This document shows positions 22,116 through 31,837 of a stretch of 64,000 nucleotides of DNA, in pieces (within the stretch, counting starts at the first letter, position 1; every line of letters starts with the position of its first letter). Position numbers and translations under genes: made by a program. The DNA comes from an uncultured Sutterella sp. (GTDB lineage: Bacteria; Pseudomonadota; Gammaproteobacteria; Burkholderiales; Burkholderiaceae_F). The DNA is taken from NCBI GenBank assembly GCA_905212345.1, contig CAJMEC010000004.1, positions 10,326-74,325 of the forward strand, in the 5' to 3' direction. The notes below the pieces were generated by a model. It was not told the DNA's origin, searched no databases, and was given only the letters and a program-made list of their open reading frames with translations.

Positions 22116-23612
22116 TTAAAAGGCTCTCAGTTTTCTCATAGCTCTGGCCACTTCACTTTCTTCAGGCGTGAGGTAACGGCTGGTTGTCCCGACGCTCGCA
22201 TGCCCCATTGCGTTTTGCACGACGTTGACCGGCATCTCTTTTAATGCAGTTGTGGCAAAGGTATGTCGCAGCCAGTGTGTGGAACTGGCTCTGAATTTGG
22301 CAGCGTCCAATGGATGTTCTGCCTCAACGTGTGAAGCGACTTCTTCGAGAAATTCTTCCAGTGCCCGATAAAGTCCCGAGCGGCTCAGTGCCGTTCGCTT
22401 CGCTTGACCGATTCGCTGTTCGGTTTTCTTTCCTCGTCCCAAGGAACTCAGTAGTGGCGTATCCGGATCAACGAGGCCTAAGTGGGCCAGACCGCGCATG
22501 GTTAGGTAATGATTAATGAGGGCGACTTGTTCTTCTTGAAGGGGAAGCCGTCTGACTTTATCTCCCTTACCAACAACTTCAATAACGGTTATGGTGTCAT
22601 TGTCTATTCGACGTTCAACTATCCAAGAGGCTCTTGCCTGAAGCATTTCACTGGCGCGCAAGCCCAATCCCTTGCCAAACATCAAAATGACCGCCATGCG
22701 AGCGTGACGTTCATTGTCATCCTGGGATTCGAAGAAGTTGTAAATGCTTTGCCATTGATCCTCGCTGAAGGATCGGTCGGCAAAAGCTTTCGGGGCGCCT
22801 TCACCGTCAAGATAAGGAACTTTTGATGAAATCTGATCAAAAGGATTGTAGATGATGTAGCCCGTTTTCTTTAAAAAGTTAAAAAGCTGTCGAACCACCG
22901 TTACCGACATTTTTCTTGAAGTATGCGACAGAGCGCTGTTAAACGGACGCCAGTTATCATTGTCACGGGGCGTATTTTTAGCGCCAATCCAGTCGTACTG
23001 CGGATTTTTCCAACGTTTAGCCCAATCTTTTTCGTTTAAGCGCCCAAGTTCTTCAAGCCATCGCAAATACTCAGCGGCTTCTTGCACGCCAACTGAACTC
23101 ATGGCGATGTCTTTTTCAACCGTACACCACAGTAAAAAGCGCTCAGCCTCTTTTCGATAAACGCCTTGCGTATTGACATTTCCAGCACGGGCAGAAAGCC
23201 AGGCCTTGACCGCCGATAAATCATCAGAGGCTTCGAGACTTTTCTTTGAGTCATCACCTCTGTTGGTGCCGCCTCGCCCATCCAAGCCGATGTCGAGACG
23301 TATTTTTTCCAAAGGGACGATGCGGGGATTGGGCGGAAAGTCAGCAATTGAAGACTTCTCTTTATCTTTCTTTCTTGATTGAGTATTTCGGATCAATCCA
23401 TTCGACGAGAGCCACAGAGTTAAAGCTTTTCTATCATCATCGGAAGCTATAACCTTGGCCAATTCATCTTTTTTGATTAATTTGACGAGATCAGAAACGG
23501 TGAGACAGTTTTCTTGAAAGGCTTTGAAAGCGATCGGCGTTATGAAAATATCCGTCAATCGCGTTTTAGAGCTCACTTTTTCAGGTAGTGGATTGAGAAA
23601 TAAAACCGACAT
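22116..23612 (-). CDS. Tyrosine-type site-specific recombinase / phage integrase family protein, 498 aa with an extended N-terminal region
   Basis: C-terminal catalytic core ...ASSTHWLRHTFATTALKEMPVNVVQNAMGHASVGTTSRYL (R...HxxR...Y) and an upstream SAM-like core-binding region (GVYRKEAERFLLWC). Its stop codon lies 1 nt from the holB stop, convergent. Confidence 0.8.
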   Translation of the reverse strand: MSVLFLNPLPEKVSSKTRLTDIFITPIAFKAFQENCLTVSDLVKLIKKDELAKVIASDDDRKALTLWLSSNGLIRNTQSRKKDKEKSSIADFPPNPRIVPLEKIRLDIGLDGRGGTNRGDDSKKSLEASDDLSAVKAWLSARAGNVNTQGVYRKEAERFLLWCTVEKDIAMSSVGVQEAAEYLRWLEELGRLNEKDWAKRWKNPQYDWIGAKNTPRDNDNWRPFNSALSHTSRKMSVTVVRQLFNFLKKTGYIIYNPFDQISSKVPYLDGEGAPKAFADRSFSEDQWQSIYNFFESQDDNERHARMAVILMFGKGLGLRASEMLQARASWIVERRIDNDTITVIEVVGKGDKVRRLPLQEEQVALINHYLTMRGLAHLGLVDPDTPLLSSLGRGKKTEQRIGQAKRTALSRSGLYRALEEFLEEVASHVEAEHPLDAAKFRASSTHWLRHTFATTALKEMPVNVVQNAMGHASVGTTSRYLTPEESEVARAMRKLRAF

Positions 23613-23694
23613 TTTAAAAACTTATGTTGAATAACTGTGTAATTTTAGCCAGTATTTACTAAGATTAGCCTTTTGATTGGTAAGATTTTTCATC

Positions 23695-25587
23695 ATGCGG
23701 CGTTTTCTGATTACCTGTGTTGCCATTTTAGTGGTGCTCCTTTCTGCCATGGGGGTCGAATCCCTCATTATGGGTGATCACAATTCAATCTTGCGACAAA
23801 CTCTGACCAGTCCGGTTAAGCAATTTATTGACGGCTCCAGAATCAACTCAAACCAGGTAGTCGTCGCTGTCGATGCTCAAATAGATCCTTATATGCAAAG
23901 GAACTATTTCAAAGCGACCATTGATGCCATTGATAAAACCGTTCGAGACGCTGACAAATTTTTGGTTCTGAAGTTTTTAGATCGTGAGACGATTTCCGCC
24001 ATGTTGGCCGATGGCGAAATTGATTTTTTGATCAGCGATTCCGATTTCTACGCAAGCCTGGCTTTTGAAGACAAGGTTAAGGCAATTGCCATGCTTTGGC
24101 GAGCGCAAGCCAAGTCCCCAAGCTATTCAGCGGCTTCAACTATCGTTGTAAATGCTGCGAATGAAAAAATTTACACATTGACGGACATTGCAACCGGCTC
24201 TTATCGTGTTGCTGCCACTTCCAGTGATTCGTTTGCCGGTTTTACCATAGCCAAAGAACCTTTTGCAGAGAAGAATTTGTCGTGGCAAGCGGCTTTTAAA
24301 TATATTGTCTTTACCTCCAATCGAAATCCATTGGAAGTATTAAATGCGGTTAAAACCGGCACCGCCGATGTGGGTATTGTTCCGGCTTGTTTTATTGAAC
24401 AGGTCATGATTCGCAATCAAGCCCACTTAAGCGATTATCGTGTCATCAATCCTCAGCCTGTCACCGAAATGGCTTGTCAGCACTCAACCGATGCCTACCC
24501 GAGCCTGATGGTCTCTTATCGAAACGGTGTGGACAGTAACTATATTCTCGATATGACCAACGCTTTGTTAGGACTGAAGCTACCATTTGGCACAACTTGG
24601 AGCATGCCTGAAAATACCCGCGAGTTGTACGATCTCATGTATCACTTACGAATCGGTCCCTACAATAATGTCACTTATTCGGCTATTTATCGGACTTTCA
24701 GCGAAAATCGTACGATTTTCATTACGGCGATTTTCTTAATCGTCGCAGGCTTTTTCTATAACTTAATTATTTCTGTGGAAGTAGCCTCGCGCACCAAGGC
24801 TCTGAAGCGGGCTTTGGCGGAAAAAGACCGAATTTCTAAGCAGCAAGAACAAACCAATGAATATATCTCTCGTCTGGAGCGCACCGGTATTGTCGGTCAG
24901 ATGTCGAGCATGATTGCCCATGAGTTAAAGCAACCTTTAGCAACGGTTTCCAATTATTCAAGAGGATTGCTGCGACGCATTGAGAGGGGATCGGCCGATA
25001 AGGATACGATCGTCAAAATCCTCAAAGAAATTGACTACCATACCGAGCGCGCTAACGACATTGTTGATCACGTCAGAAGTTATGCCAAGCCCCATGAGAT
25101 CAAGCGTGAAGAGCATGATTTGCGCGATATCGTGGCAAAGACCGTGGCCACTTTTGAAAAGTCCGGCCGTACATCAGTTCCCGTCATCGTTGAAGGCGAG
25201 CGCAGGGCACTTGTCGAAGCAGACGATTGGGAAATTGAATTAGCGCTTCTGAATCTTTTGAAAAATTCTGCTGATGCTTTTACAGAGATTCATCCTGCGA
25301 TGCGCGATGAAGGTGAGAACGTCATCCGCATCCGTATTGAGGATCATGAGGAAACGTGGTGGATTCGTGTTATCGATAACGCAAAATTGGTTGATGAGAC
25401 CTTTACAGAGCAGTTCTTCCAAAAACTGGAGACGACAAAAGCCCACGGCTTAGGGCTAGGTTTATCAATTGTGAGCTCATTGGCTGAACGTCACGCCGGA
25501 CGTGTTTGGGCAGAACCTAATCCGGGTCGCGGCGTCATCGTGACGATTGAATTGCCTAAATATCAATCTATCGAAGAAAAAATCTGA
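23695..25587 (+). CDS. Sensor histidine kinase with a periplasmic solute-binding-protein-like (PhnD/SsuA-type) sensor domain
   Basis: N-terminal TM, a roughly 300-aa periplasmic domain, a second TM (IFITAIFLIVAGFFYNLII), an H-box MIAHELKQPLATVSNYS, and a C-terminal HATPase (N box LLKNSADAF, G boxes GLGLGLSIV). No response regulator gene is adjacent. ATG 23695 preferred over the upstream TTG 23677. Confidence 0.75.
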   Translation: MRRFLITCVAILVVLLSAMGVESLIMGDHNSILRQTLTSPVKQFIDGSRINSNQVVVAVDAQIDPYMQRNYFKATIDAIDKTVRDADKFLVLKFLDRETISAMLADGEIDFLISDSDFYASLAFEDKVKAIAMLWRAQAKSPSYSAASTIVVNAANEKIYTLTDIATGSYRVAATSSDSFAGFTIAKEPFAEKNLSWQAAFKYIVFTSNRNPLEVLNAVKTGTADVGIVPACFIEQVMIRNQAHLSDYRVINPQPVTEMACQHSTDAYPSLMVSYRNGVDSNYILDMTNALLGLKLPFGTTWSMPENTRELYDLMYHLRIGPYNNVTYSAIYRTFSENRTIFITAIFLIVAGFFYNLIISVEVASRTKALKRALAEKDRISKQQEQTNEYISRLERTGIVGQMSSMIAHELKQPLATVSNYSRGLLRRIERGSADKDTIVKILKEIDYHTERANDIVDHVRSYAKPHEIKREEHDLRDIVAKTVATFEKSGRTSVPVIVEGERRALVEADDWEIELALLNLLKNSADAFTEIHPAMRDEGENVIRIRIEDHEETWWIRVIDNAKLVDETFTEQFFQKLETTKAHGLGLGLSIVSSLAERHAGRVWAEPNPGRGVIVTIELPKYQSIEEKI

Positions 25588-25589
25588 TG

Positions 25590-25616
25590 CAAAGGGACCC
25601 TGTGAGGTCCCATTTG
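25590..25616. terminator. Bidirectional hairpin between the convergent kinase and rng genes
   Basis: gggaccc-tgtgag-gtccc hairpin flanked by AAA upstream and ATTTG downstream. Confidence 0.55.
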
Positions 25617-25617
25617 C

Positions 25618-27078
25618 TTAACTGAAGGTAATATCGTATTGCTCTGGACTGTAGCAGCTTTCTACCTGAAGCGATACCGGAGAGCCGATAAAATCCTGAA
25701 GCAGATCCAAGGCGGCAGCCTCATCTTCAAGAAAAAGATCAATGACTGTTTGACTGGCGATAATGCAAAAGCTTTTAATGCCGGGGTATTGCCGCCACTC
25801 TCTAAGAATTTCTCGCAGTATCTCGTAGCAGACCGTCCGAGCTGTTTTAATTTCACCGCGTCCGCCGCAAAGCGGGCAGGGTTCACAAAGAATATGACCC
25901 AGCGAGTCTCTCGTGCGCTTTCGGGTCATTTCAATCAAACCCAGTTCTGTGAAATTACTCATTGTGATATGCACTCGATCGGTTGCAACCGCTTTTTGAA
26001 GTTCGGCGAGAACCGCGGCTCGATGAGCATCTTTTTCCATGTCAATGAAGTCAATGATGATAATGCCGCCTAAATTGCGCAGTCTCAATTGTCTTGCAAT
26101 GACGCGGGCTGCTTCAAGGTTGGTTTTAAACACCGTGTCGCCGAAATCGCGTTTACCGACATAGGCTCCGGTATTTACATCGATTGTGGACATGGCTTCA
26201 TTTTGATCAAAAATCAGGTAGCCGCCTGATTTGAGATCAACCCGTCTTGAAAGAGCCTTTTCGATCTCATTTTCGATGCCGTATTGTTCAAAAAGCGGGA
26301 TTTCACCGGTATACATTTCCAGTTTGTCGGCAACCGTTGGAACGAAATTTTCCGCGAATTCCGACAGCGCCCCTATATTGTCATCCCATGAGTCAACCAA
26401 CACGCGAGTGGTGTTTTCATTGACCATGTCGCGCAATGCGCGAGATTCCAAGTACAAATCCTGGTAAAGAATAGAAGGGGCGCTGGAAACTGAAATCTTG
26501 GCTGAAATTTGTTTCCAAAGTCTGCTTAGGTACTCCATGTCGGTGAGGAAGTCCTCGCTTGTCGCGCCTTCGGCACAGGTGCGAACAATATAGCCGCCTT
26601 TTTCTGTTTCAGGTCGAACGGCTGTAACTAAAGCTTTTAAACGTTCACGCTCTGCTTCATCTTCGATGCGTTGTGAGACACCGATATGAGGTTCTTTAGG
26701 CAGGTAAACCAATTTGTGCCCGGCCAAAGAGATGGTGGTGGTAAGCCTTGCGCCCTTTGTGCCGATTTGATCTTTGGATACTTGAACGATAACGGATTCG
26801 CCTTCATGTAAAACGTATTCGATGGGTTTATACGTTCCGTCTTCTTGACGAGCTGTGAAAATGTCGTGAATATGCAAAAAAGCTGTTCGTTCAAGACCGA
26901 TATCTACAAAGGCCGATTGCATGCCGGGTAAAACACGCATCACTTTCCCTTTATAGACGTTGCCAACCAACCCTCTTTGGGCCCGTCTTTCAATGTGCAA
27001 GTCTTCAAGAATGCCGTTAACCATGACAGACACGCGCGTTTCTTGAGCCGAACAGTGAATCAATAATTCTTCGCTCAT
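25618..27078 (-). CDS. rng: Ribonuclease G (RNase E/G family)
   Basis: S1 domain at the N-terminus (GNVYKGKVMRVLPGMQSAFVDIGLERTAFLH), a DNase-I-like catalytic domain (DFIDME...) and a Zn-link CPxCxGxG (CEPCPLCGGRG). Start placed at MSEELL (27078). The ORF continues upstream to 27144 but that extension has no homology. Confidence 0.85.
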   Translation of the reverse strand: MSEELLIHCSAQETRVSVMVNGILEDLHIERRAQRGLVGNVYKGKVMRVLPGMQSAFVDIGLERTAFLHIHDIFTARQEDGTYKPIEYVLHEGESVIVQVSKDQIGTKGARLTTTISLAGHKLVYLPKEPHIGVSQRIEDEAERERLKALVTAVRPETEKGGYIVRTCAEGATSEDFLTDMEYLSRLWKQISAKISVSSAPSILYQDLYLESRALRDMVNENTTRVLVDSWDDNIGALSEFAENFVPTVADKLEMYTGEIPLFEQYGIENEIEKALSRRVDLKSGGYLIFDQNEAMSTIDVNTGAYVGKRDFGDTVFKTNLEAARVIARQLRLRNLGGIIIIDFIDMEKDAHRAAVLAELQKAVATDRVHITMSNFTELGLIEMTRKRTRDSLGHILCEPCPLCGGRGEIKTARTVCYEILREILREWRQYPGIKSFCIIASQTVIDLFLEDEAAALDLLQDFIGSPVSLQVESCYSPEQYDITFS

Positions 27079-27257
27079 AATTCTTCTTAAATAATATCTT
27101 TGGCTCCTTAGTCTACTGGATCGATCCAGTGAACGCCACAACAAACCGTTTATGAAAGAGTTTAGAAAATATGCACCAGCGCCTTATATCGGAGGGCTCT
27201 ATTTGTTAGAATGTTTGCCGATTTATAGACCGAGTCGATTTTTCATAGAGAGTAGCC

Positions 27258-28220
27258 ATGTCTGATATTAAATTGAGTGGTCAAGCCGCTTTAAAGGCTT
27301 ATACGGGTATGGGATTGTACGTTTGTCCCAACGATGCTGACGGCCTCAATTCTCTTTACTACACGATTGAAGTCAATGATGCCCAAGGTGTTGCTTTTCT
27401 CAGAAGACTGCTGACAGTGGACGTGAAAAACATCCACCGCGGCGAAGTGCGTCAAAGTTTTATTCTGAATGCTTTGGGTTTAATGACCGATTTTGTTTGG
27501 GTAGCTCATTTACCCGATAACGACGAACATTTCCGTGTGGTCTTTCAGTCTCTCGACACTTTAGCTTGGATGCACCAAGTCGCTAAAGCTTTTGACGAAG
27601 ACTTCACAACACTGAAAACATCGACGGCAATTTTATTTGCGGATCAAACCCATACTCCTCACGGTTTAATGGCTGACGGTAAGGTACAGCTTATGAAAAC
27701 GGGAAAGGGCGAGGTTCTCGCTATGCGAGTTGGGGCAATGACCCTTATTCAGGGTGAAGAGAAAGCTTTTGAAAACTTCACTCATCCCGGAATGGAAGTG
27801 ATCGACGAGCTCTCTGCGATGACACTTAGCTGTGTTTCGAAGTCGCCGTTGGCTTTTGCTTGGCAAGCCAATGATTTGATGCCCGGTGACGTTAATGGAG
27901 CGGCTTATATCGACTTTTCCGATCCCTCGCGCATGTTTATTGGTCGAGCGTTAACCGAGGCGCGCCTGAAAGCCAGCGAAACAAAAAAAGCGGTTGTTCT
28001 GTCGTCTCATCAAGATCAAGCTGATGCCTGGTTTGAAAACCCCACTGAAGTAATTCTCTTAACTGAAGAGGGGATAGCGGTTGCCAAAAGTGCTTTTGTC
28101 GGTTTATTGGGAGATAAATTGATCTGTGTGGCATTTGTGCCGCAATCGACGGATTGCTCCCGACTGATTTGGATGAATGACGGTGAGCAACAAGCCTACC
28201 GTGTGGAAGTCCTTTCTTAA
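27258..28220 (+). CDS. Hypothetical protein, possibly a GcvT/YgfZ-like folate-binding fold
   Basis: 320-aa ORF with a good GAGAG RBS. There is only a weak impression of a C-terminal aminomethyltransferase-barrel-like region. No diagnostic motif was found. Confidence 0.35.
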   Translation: MSDIKLSGQAALKAYTGMGLYVCPNDADGLNSLYYTIEVNDAQGVAFLRRLLTVDVKNIHRGEVRQSFILNALGLMTDFVWVAHLPDNDEHFRVVFQSLDTLAWMHQVAKAFDEDFTTLKTSTAILFADQTHTPHGLMADGKVQLMKTGKGEVLAMRVGAMTLIQGEEKAFENFTHPGMEVIDELSAMTLSCVSKSPLAFAWQANDLMPGDVNGAAYIDFSDPSRMFIGRALTEARLKASETKKAVVLSSHQDQADAWFENPTEVILLTEEGIAVAKSAFVGLLGDKLICVAFVPQSTDCSRLIWMNDGEQQAYRVEVLS

Positions 28221-28235
28221 TACTGGGAGAATAAC

Positions 28236-29630
28236 GTGAGCGTTAGTGTTTTTGATATTTTTCGTGTCGGGATTGGTCCATCTTCTTCTCATACTGTTGG
28301 ACCTATGCGCGCCGCAGCCCGTTTTAGTAAAGAACTGATCGCTAAGGGGCTCACGCAAAAAACTGCCCGAATTTGGGTTGATTTGATGGGAAGCTTGGGG
28401 GCCACAGGTGTTGGCCATGCCACTGACACGGCCTTTCAGCTCGGACTCATGGGAATGCTTCCCGCCAATGTCGATCTTGACTTGGCACCGAAGATTCTTC
28501 AAGCCATTAAGACCGATCACCAACTCAAACTTCCTGATGGTACGGTCATCGAATTTGACCCGGCCAAAGATATTATTCTGAGCCCGGAGAAAGTGGCGAT
28601 ATACCACACCAATGCGATGCACGTCATCGCCCAGGATAAAGACGGTCAAGTGCTCCTGTCTCGTCGTTACTACTCTGTAGGCGGCGGCTTTATTGTTGAA
28701 AGCGACCCGAACAATTTCGACAAGGTTTCTGAAGATAAGGAAACGGTTCACACCAAACCGCAACCCTATCCAGTCAATAGTGCTGCAGATCTTTTAAAGT
28801 GGTGTCGCGAAACGGGCTTAACTATTCCTCAAATCGTTCGCGCCAATGAAAAGGTTTGGTGGGAAACGGACGAAAAAATCAATGCCCAGCTCGACTACCT
28901 TTGGTCGGTCATGAAGGATTGTGTCGCGCGTGGATTAAAAAATGAAGGGATTATGCCCGGTCCCATGAAGGTGCGCCGCCGCGCCAAGCAGATGTATGAA
29001 AAGCTTGACTACGAACACCGTACATTGAATGATCCTCTGGCTGTTCTCGATTGGGTTAACGCGTTTGCCTTCGCGGCCAATGAGGAAAACGCCTGCGGTG
29101 GCAGAGTTGTGACAGCTCCGACAAATGGCGCTGCCGGTGTCATTCCGGCTGTCCTTCATTACTACATGAAGTTTATTGATTCGGCCGACATCAATGGGGT
29201 TAGAGATTTTCTCCTGACAGCCGGTCAAATCGGCATTCTTTATAAAGAAAACGCGTCGATTTCCGGAGCAGAAGTGGGCTGCCAAGGCGAAGTGGGTGTT
29301 GCCTGCTCGATGGCATCGGGCGGCTTGGCTCAAGTGCTGGGCGCAACGCCACAGCAAGTGGAAAACGCAGCCGAAATCGGAATGGAACATCATTTGGGGA
29401 TGACCTGCGATCCGGTGGCCGGTCAAGTTCAGATTCCTTGTATCGAACGCAATGCGGTCGCCGCGGTAAAAGCTATCAACGCCGCGCGTTTGGCGCTGAT
29501 GGGTGATGGCCACCATTATGTTTCATTGGATCAGGTTATTGTGACGATGCTTAAGACCGGCTTAGACCTGCAGATGAAATATAAAGAAACCAGCCGTGGC
29601 GGGTTAGCGGTCAGTGTGGTTGAGTGTTAA
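28236..29630 (+). CDS. sdaA: L-serine dehydratase (single-chain, Fe-S dependent)
   Basis: GTG start with GGGAGA RBS. N-terminal [27 protein letters not shown] is near-identical to the enterobacterial SdaA N-terminus. 464 aa. Confidence 0.9.
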   Translation: MSVSVFDIFRVGIGPSSSHTVGPMRAAARFSKELIAKGLTQKTARIWVDLMGSLGATGVGHATDTAFQLGLMGMLPANVDLDLAPKILQAIKTDHQLKLPDGTVIEFDPAKDIILSPEKVAIYHTNAMHVIAQDKDGQVLLSRRYYSVGGGFIVESDPNNFDKVSEDKETVHTKPQPYPVNSAADLLKWCRETGLTIPQIVRANEKVWWETDEKINAQLDYLWSVMKDCVARGLKNEGIMPGPMKVRRRAKQMYEKLDYEHRTLNDPLAVLDWVNAFAFAANEENACGGRVVTAPTNGAAGVIPAVLHYYMKFIDSADINGVRDFLLTAGQIGILYKENASISGAEVGCQGEVGVACSMASGGLAQVLGATPQQVENAAEIGMEHHLGMTCDPVAGQVQIPCIERNAVAAVKAINAARLALMGDGHHYVSLDQVIVTMLKTGLDLQMKYKETSRGGLAVSVVEC

Positions 29631-29644
29631 AAATTTATTGAAAA

Positions 29645-29682
29645 AGAGGTCGAGCCGCTTAAAGCGGCTCGATTCGTTTCGG
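29645..29682. terminator. Bidirectional terminator between sdaA and folA
   Basis: gagccgc-ttaaa-gcggctc hairpin with an A-run upstream and a T-rich tract downstream. Confidence 0.5.
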
Positions 29683-30177
29683 TTATTTGGTTTTACGAAT
29701 GTAGGTTCTGAAGCTGTAGCTAAAGGGGTGGGCATCGGTAGCAGGGAAAGACTCTTCCTCAGCGAGCGTCCATTCATCGTCTGATAGCGGTGTAAAGAAG
29801 GCGTCACCTTCAAAATCGGCATTCAGATAGGTGATATGCGCCACTTCTACCTGAGGCATTGCTTCCTGATAGATTTGCGCCCCACCCATAATGAAGGCAA
29901 TGGGCGCGTCATTGACAACCTGCAATGCCGCTTCAAGACTGGGCACAACCGTTGCCCCTTCGGCAACGTAATCCTTTTGACGCGTAATTACAACATTTCG
30001 CCGTCCGGGCAAGGGACGGCCCAAAGATTCCCAAGTTTTACGTCCCATAATGACCGGTTTGCCAAGCGTTGTGCGCTTAAAGTTTTTCAAATCTTCCGGC
30101 AAATACCAGGGTAATTTGTTGTCTTTGCCAATTACGCCGTTTCGGGCGTGGGCGACGATTAAATGTAATTGCGTCAT
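29683..30177 (-). CDS. folA: Dihydrofolate reductase
   Basis: 164 aa. IVAHARNGVIGKDNKLPW...GKPVIMGRKTWESLGRPLPGRRNVVITR matches the DHFR consensus. Confidence 0.9.
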   Translation of the reverse strand: MTQLHLIVAHARNGVIGKDNKLPWYLPEDLKNFKRTTLGKPVIMGRKTWESLGRPLPGRRNVVITRQKDYVAEGATVVPSLEAALQVVNDAPIAFIMGGAQIYQEAMPQVEVAHITYLNADFEGDAFFTPLSDDEWTLAEEESFPATDAHPFSYSFRTYIRKTK

Positions 30178-30188
30178 TGAAATCTCCT

Positions 30189-31007
30189 TTAGACCGCCAC
30201 CGGAGCTTTAATAGCCGGATGAGGGTCATAGCCCACAATTTCAAAATCCTCATACTTGTAATCAAAAATAGAGTCAGGACGACGCTTTATGACAAGTTTA
30301 GGATAAGGACGGGGCTCTCGAGACAATTGTAAGCGCACTTGATCGAAGTGGTTATTGTAAATATGGCAGTCGCCGCCGGTCCATACAAAGTCGCCCACTT
30401 CCAAATCACATTGTTGGGCAAGCATATGCGTTAAAAGTGAATAGCTTGCGATGTTAAAGGGGACGCCTAAGAAAATATCGCAGGAACGTTGATAAAGTTG
30501 GCAGGACAATTTTCCACCGGCCACATAAACTTGGAACATCATGTGGCAAGGCGGCAGAGCCATCTTGGGTAATTCTGTGACGTTCCACGCAGTGACAATC
30601 ATGCGACGAGAGTCAGGATTGTGTTTAATGGTGTGAACAAGTTCAGCGATTTGGTCAACGCTTTTATCATCGGCGCCGCGCCAATTGCGCCATTGCACGC
30701 CATAGATGGGACCGAGATCACCGTTTTCATCGGCCCATTCGTCCCAAATCGACACGCCGTTTTCTTTGAGGTAACCGATGTTGCTGTCACCTTTTAGGAA
30801 CCAGAGTAATTCATGAATGATGGAACGTAAGTGAAGTTTTTTTGTTGTGACCAGCGGGAAGCCGTTTTGAAGATTAAAACGCATCTGGTAGCCGAATACA
30901 GAACGTGTGCCCGTACCCGTTCGATCGCTTTTATCAACGCCATGGAAAAAAACGTGGCGCATCAGGTCTTCGTATTGATGTTCAACTAACATTTTTATAA
31001 GCCTCAA
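30189..31007 (-). CDS. thyA: Thymidylate synthase
   Basis: [19 protein letters not shown] and the catalytic region (...PPCHMMFQ...). Sits immediately upstream of folA, a thyA-folA unit. The true start may be the second Met (30992). Confidence 0.9.
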   Translation of the reverse strand: MRLIKMLVEHQYEDLMRHVFFHGVDKSDRTGTGTRSVFGYQMRFNLQNGFPLVTTKKLHLRSIIHELLWFLKGDSNIGYLKENGVSIWDEWADENGDLGPIYGVQWRNWRGADDKSVDQIAELVHTIKHNPDSRRMIVTAWNVTELPKMALPPCHMMFQVYVAGGKLSCQLYQRSCDIFLGVPFNIASYSLLTHMLAQQCDLEVGDFVWTGGDCHIYNNHFDQVRLQLSREPRPYPKLVIKRRPDSIFDYKYEDFEIVGYDPHPAIKAPVAV

Positions 31008-31114
31008 TAAACATTTCTATGTATTGTACTGAAGTGTTATTTGAATATTCCTGCCTAACTTCCTACTTTTGTTTATTTGATAAATTTGCTTGAAAAATAA
31101 TTTTTTATTGTTTT

Positions 31115-31132
31115 TAGATAAAATTTTATCTA
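31115..31132. promoter_or_regulatory. Perfect 18-bp palindrome TAGATAAAATTTTATCTA overlapping the putative -10 (TATACT, 31131-31136) of the yheO-like gene; candidate operator
   Basis: Exact reverse-complement symmetry read directly. It ends 10 bp before the ATG. -35-like TTGTTT (31108-31113) with a 17-bp spacer. No SD is present, so the mRNA may be leaderless. Confidence 0.4.
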
Positions 31133-31142
31133 TACTCAAAAC

Positions 31143-31823
31143 ATGAGCAATAAAAATCTACTTCCCTATTTCTCTGTAGCCGAATTGATTGCGAGGACTT
31201 TCCCGGATGCGGAAGTGGTCCTGCATGATCTTTCGCTACCGCAACATTCGGTTATTTACGTCGCCAACGGTACGGTCACCGGGCGAAAAGTCGGGCAAAC
31301 TTTCCATCATTTGATTGAAAAAGCCGTTTTCGCGGGCAATCCGGAGGACGGTGTTGTTGATAACTACACTTTCCAAAAAGACGGACGTCAGATCCGGTCC
31401 TCTTCGCTTTTGATCCGAAACGAACAAAAAGAGCTGATCGGCGCGTTGTGCATCAACATTGACACGACGCAAGCGTCAGCGTTGCTAAGTTTAGCCCAGG
31501 GACTTTTAACCGGGCGCAGAGCAGACACGAACTTAAAGAGTAAAGCGTTACATGGCAGTTCAGAGCAGAGCTGTCCTGTTGCCGTCGAAAAAAGCAACGA
31601 AGAAAGCGTCCGGCAGTTTGTTAACAACATGGTCGATTCGATGATTCACGAACTTGAACTCGAAGGTAAACACACCAAAGAAGATCGCTTAGAGTTGATT
31701 CGGTTTATGGATGAAAGGGGAGTGTTTCTCGTTAAAGGATCGATGGAATACGTGGCCGGTAAATTAGGGTTATCAAAAGTAACCCTTTACGGCTATTTGG
31801 ACAAAATTCATGGTAAGCGCTGA
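31143..31823 (+). CDS. YheO/DauR-family transcriptional regulator (YheO-like PAS domain + C-terminal HTH)
   Basis: 226 aa. N-terminal region resembles the YheO-like PAS domain. The C-terminus ...GSMEYVAGKLGLSKVTLYGYLDKI is a classical HTH. Confidence 0.55.
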   Translation: MSNKNLLPYFSVAELIARTFPDAEVVLHDLSLPQHSVIYVANGTVTGRKVGQTFHHLIEKAVFAGNPEDGVVDNYTFQKDGRQIRSSSLLIRNEQKELIGALCINIDTTQASALLSLAQGLLTGRRADTNLKSKALHGSSEQSCPVAVEKSNEESVRQFVNNMVDSMIHELELEGKHTKEDRLELIRFMDERGVFLVKGSMEYVAGKLGLSKVTLYGYLDKIHGKR

Positions 31824-31837
31824 TAAAGGATAGCGAT

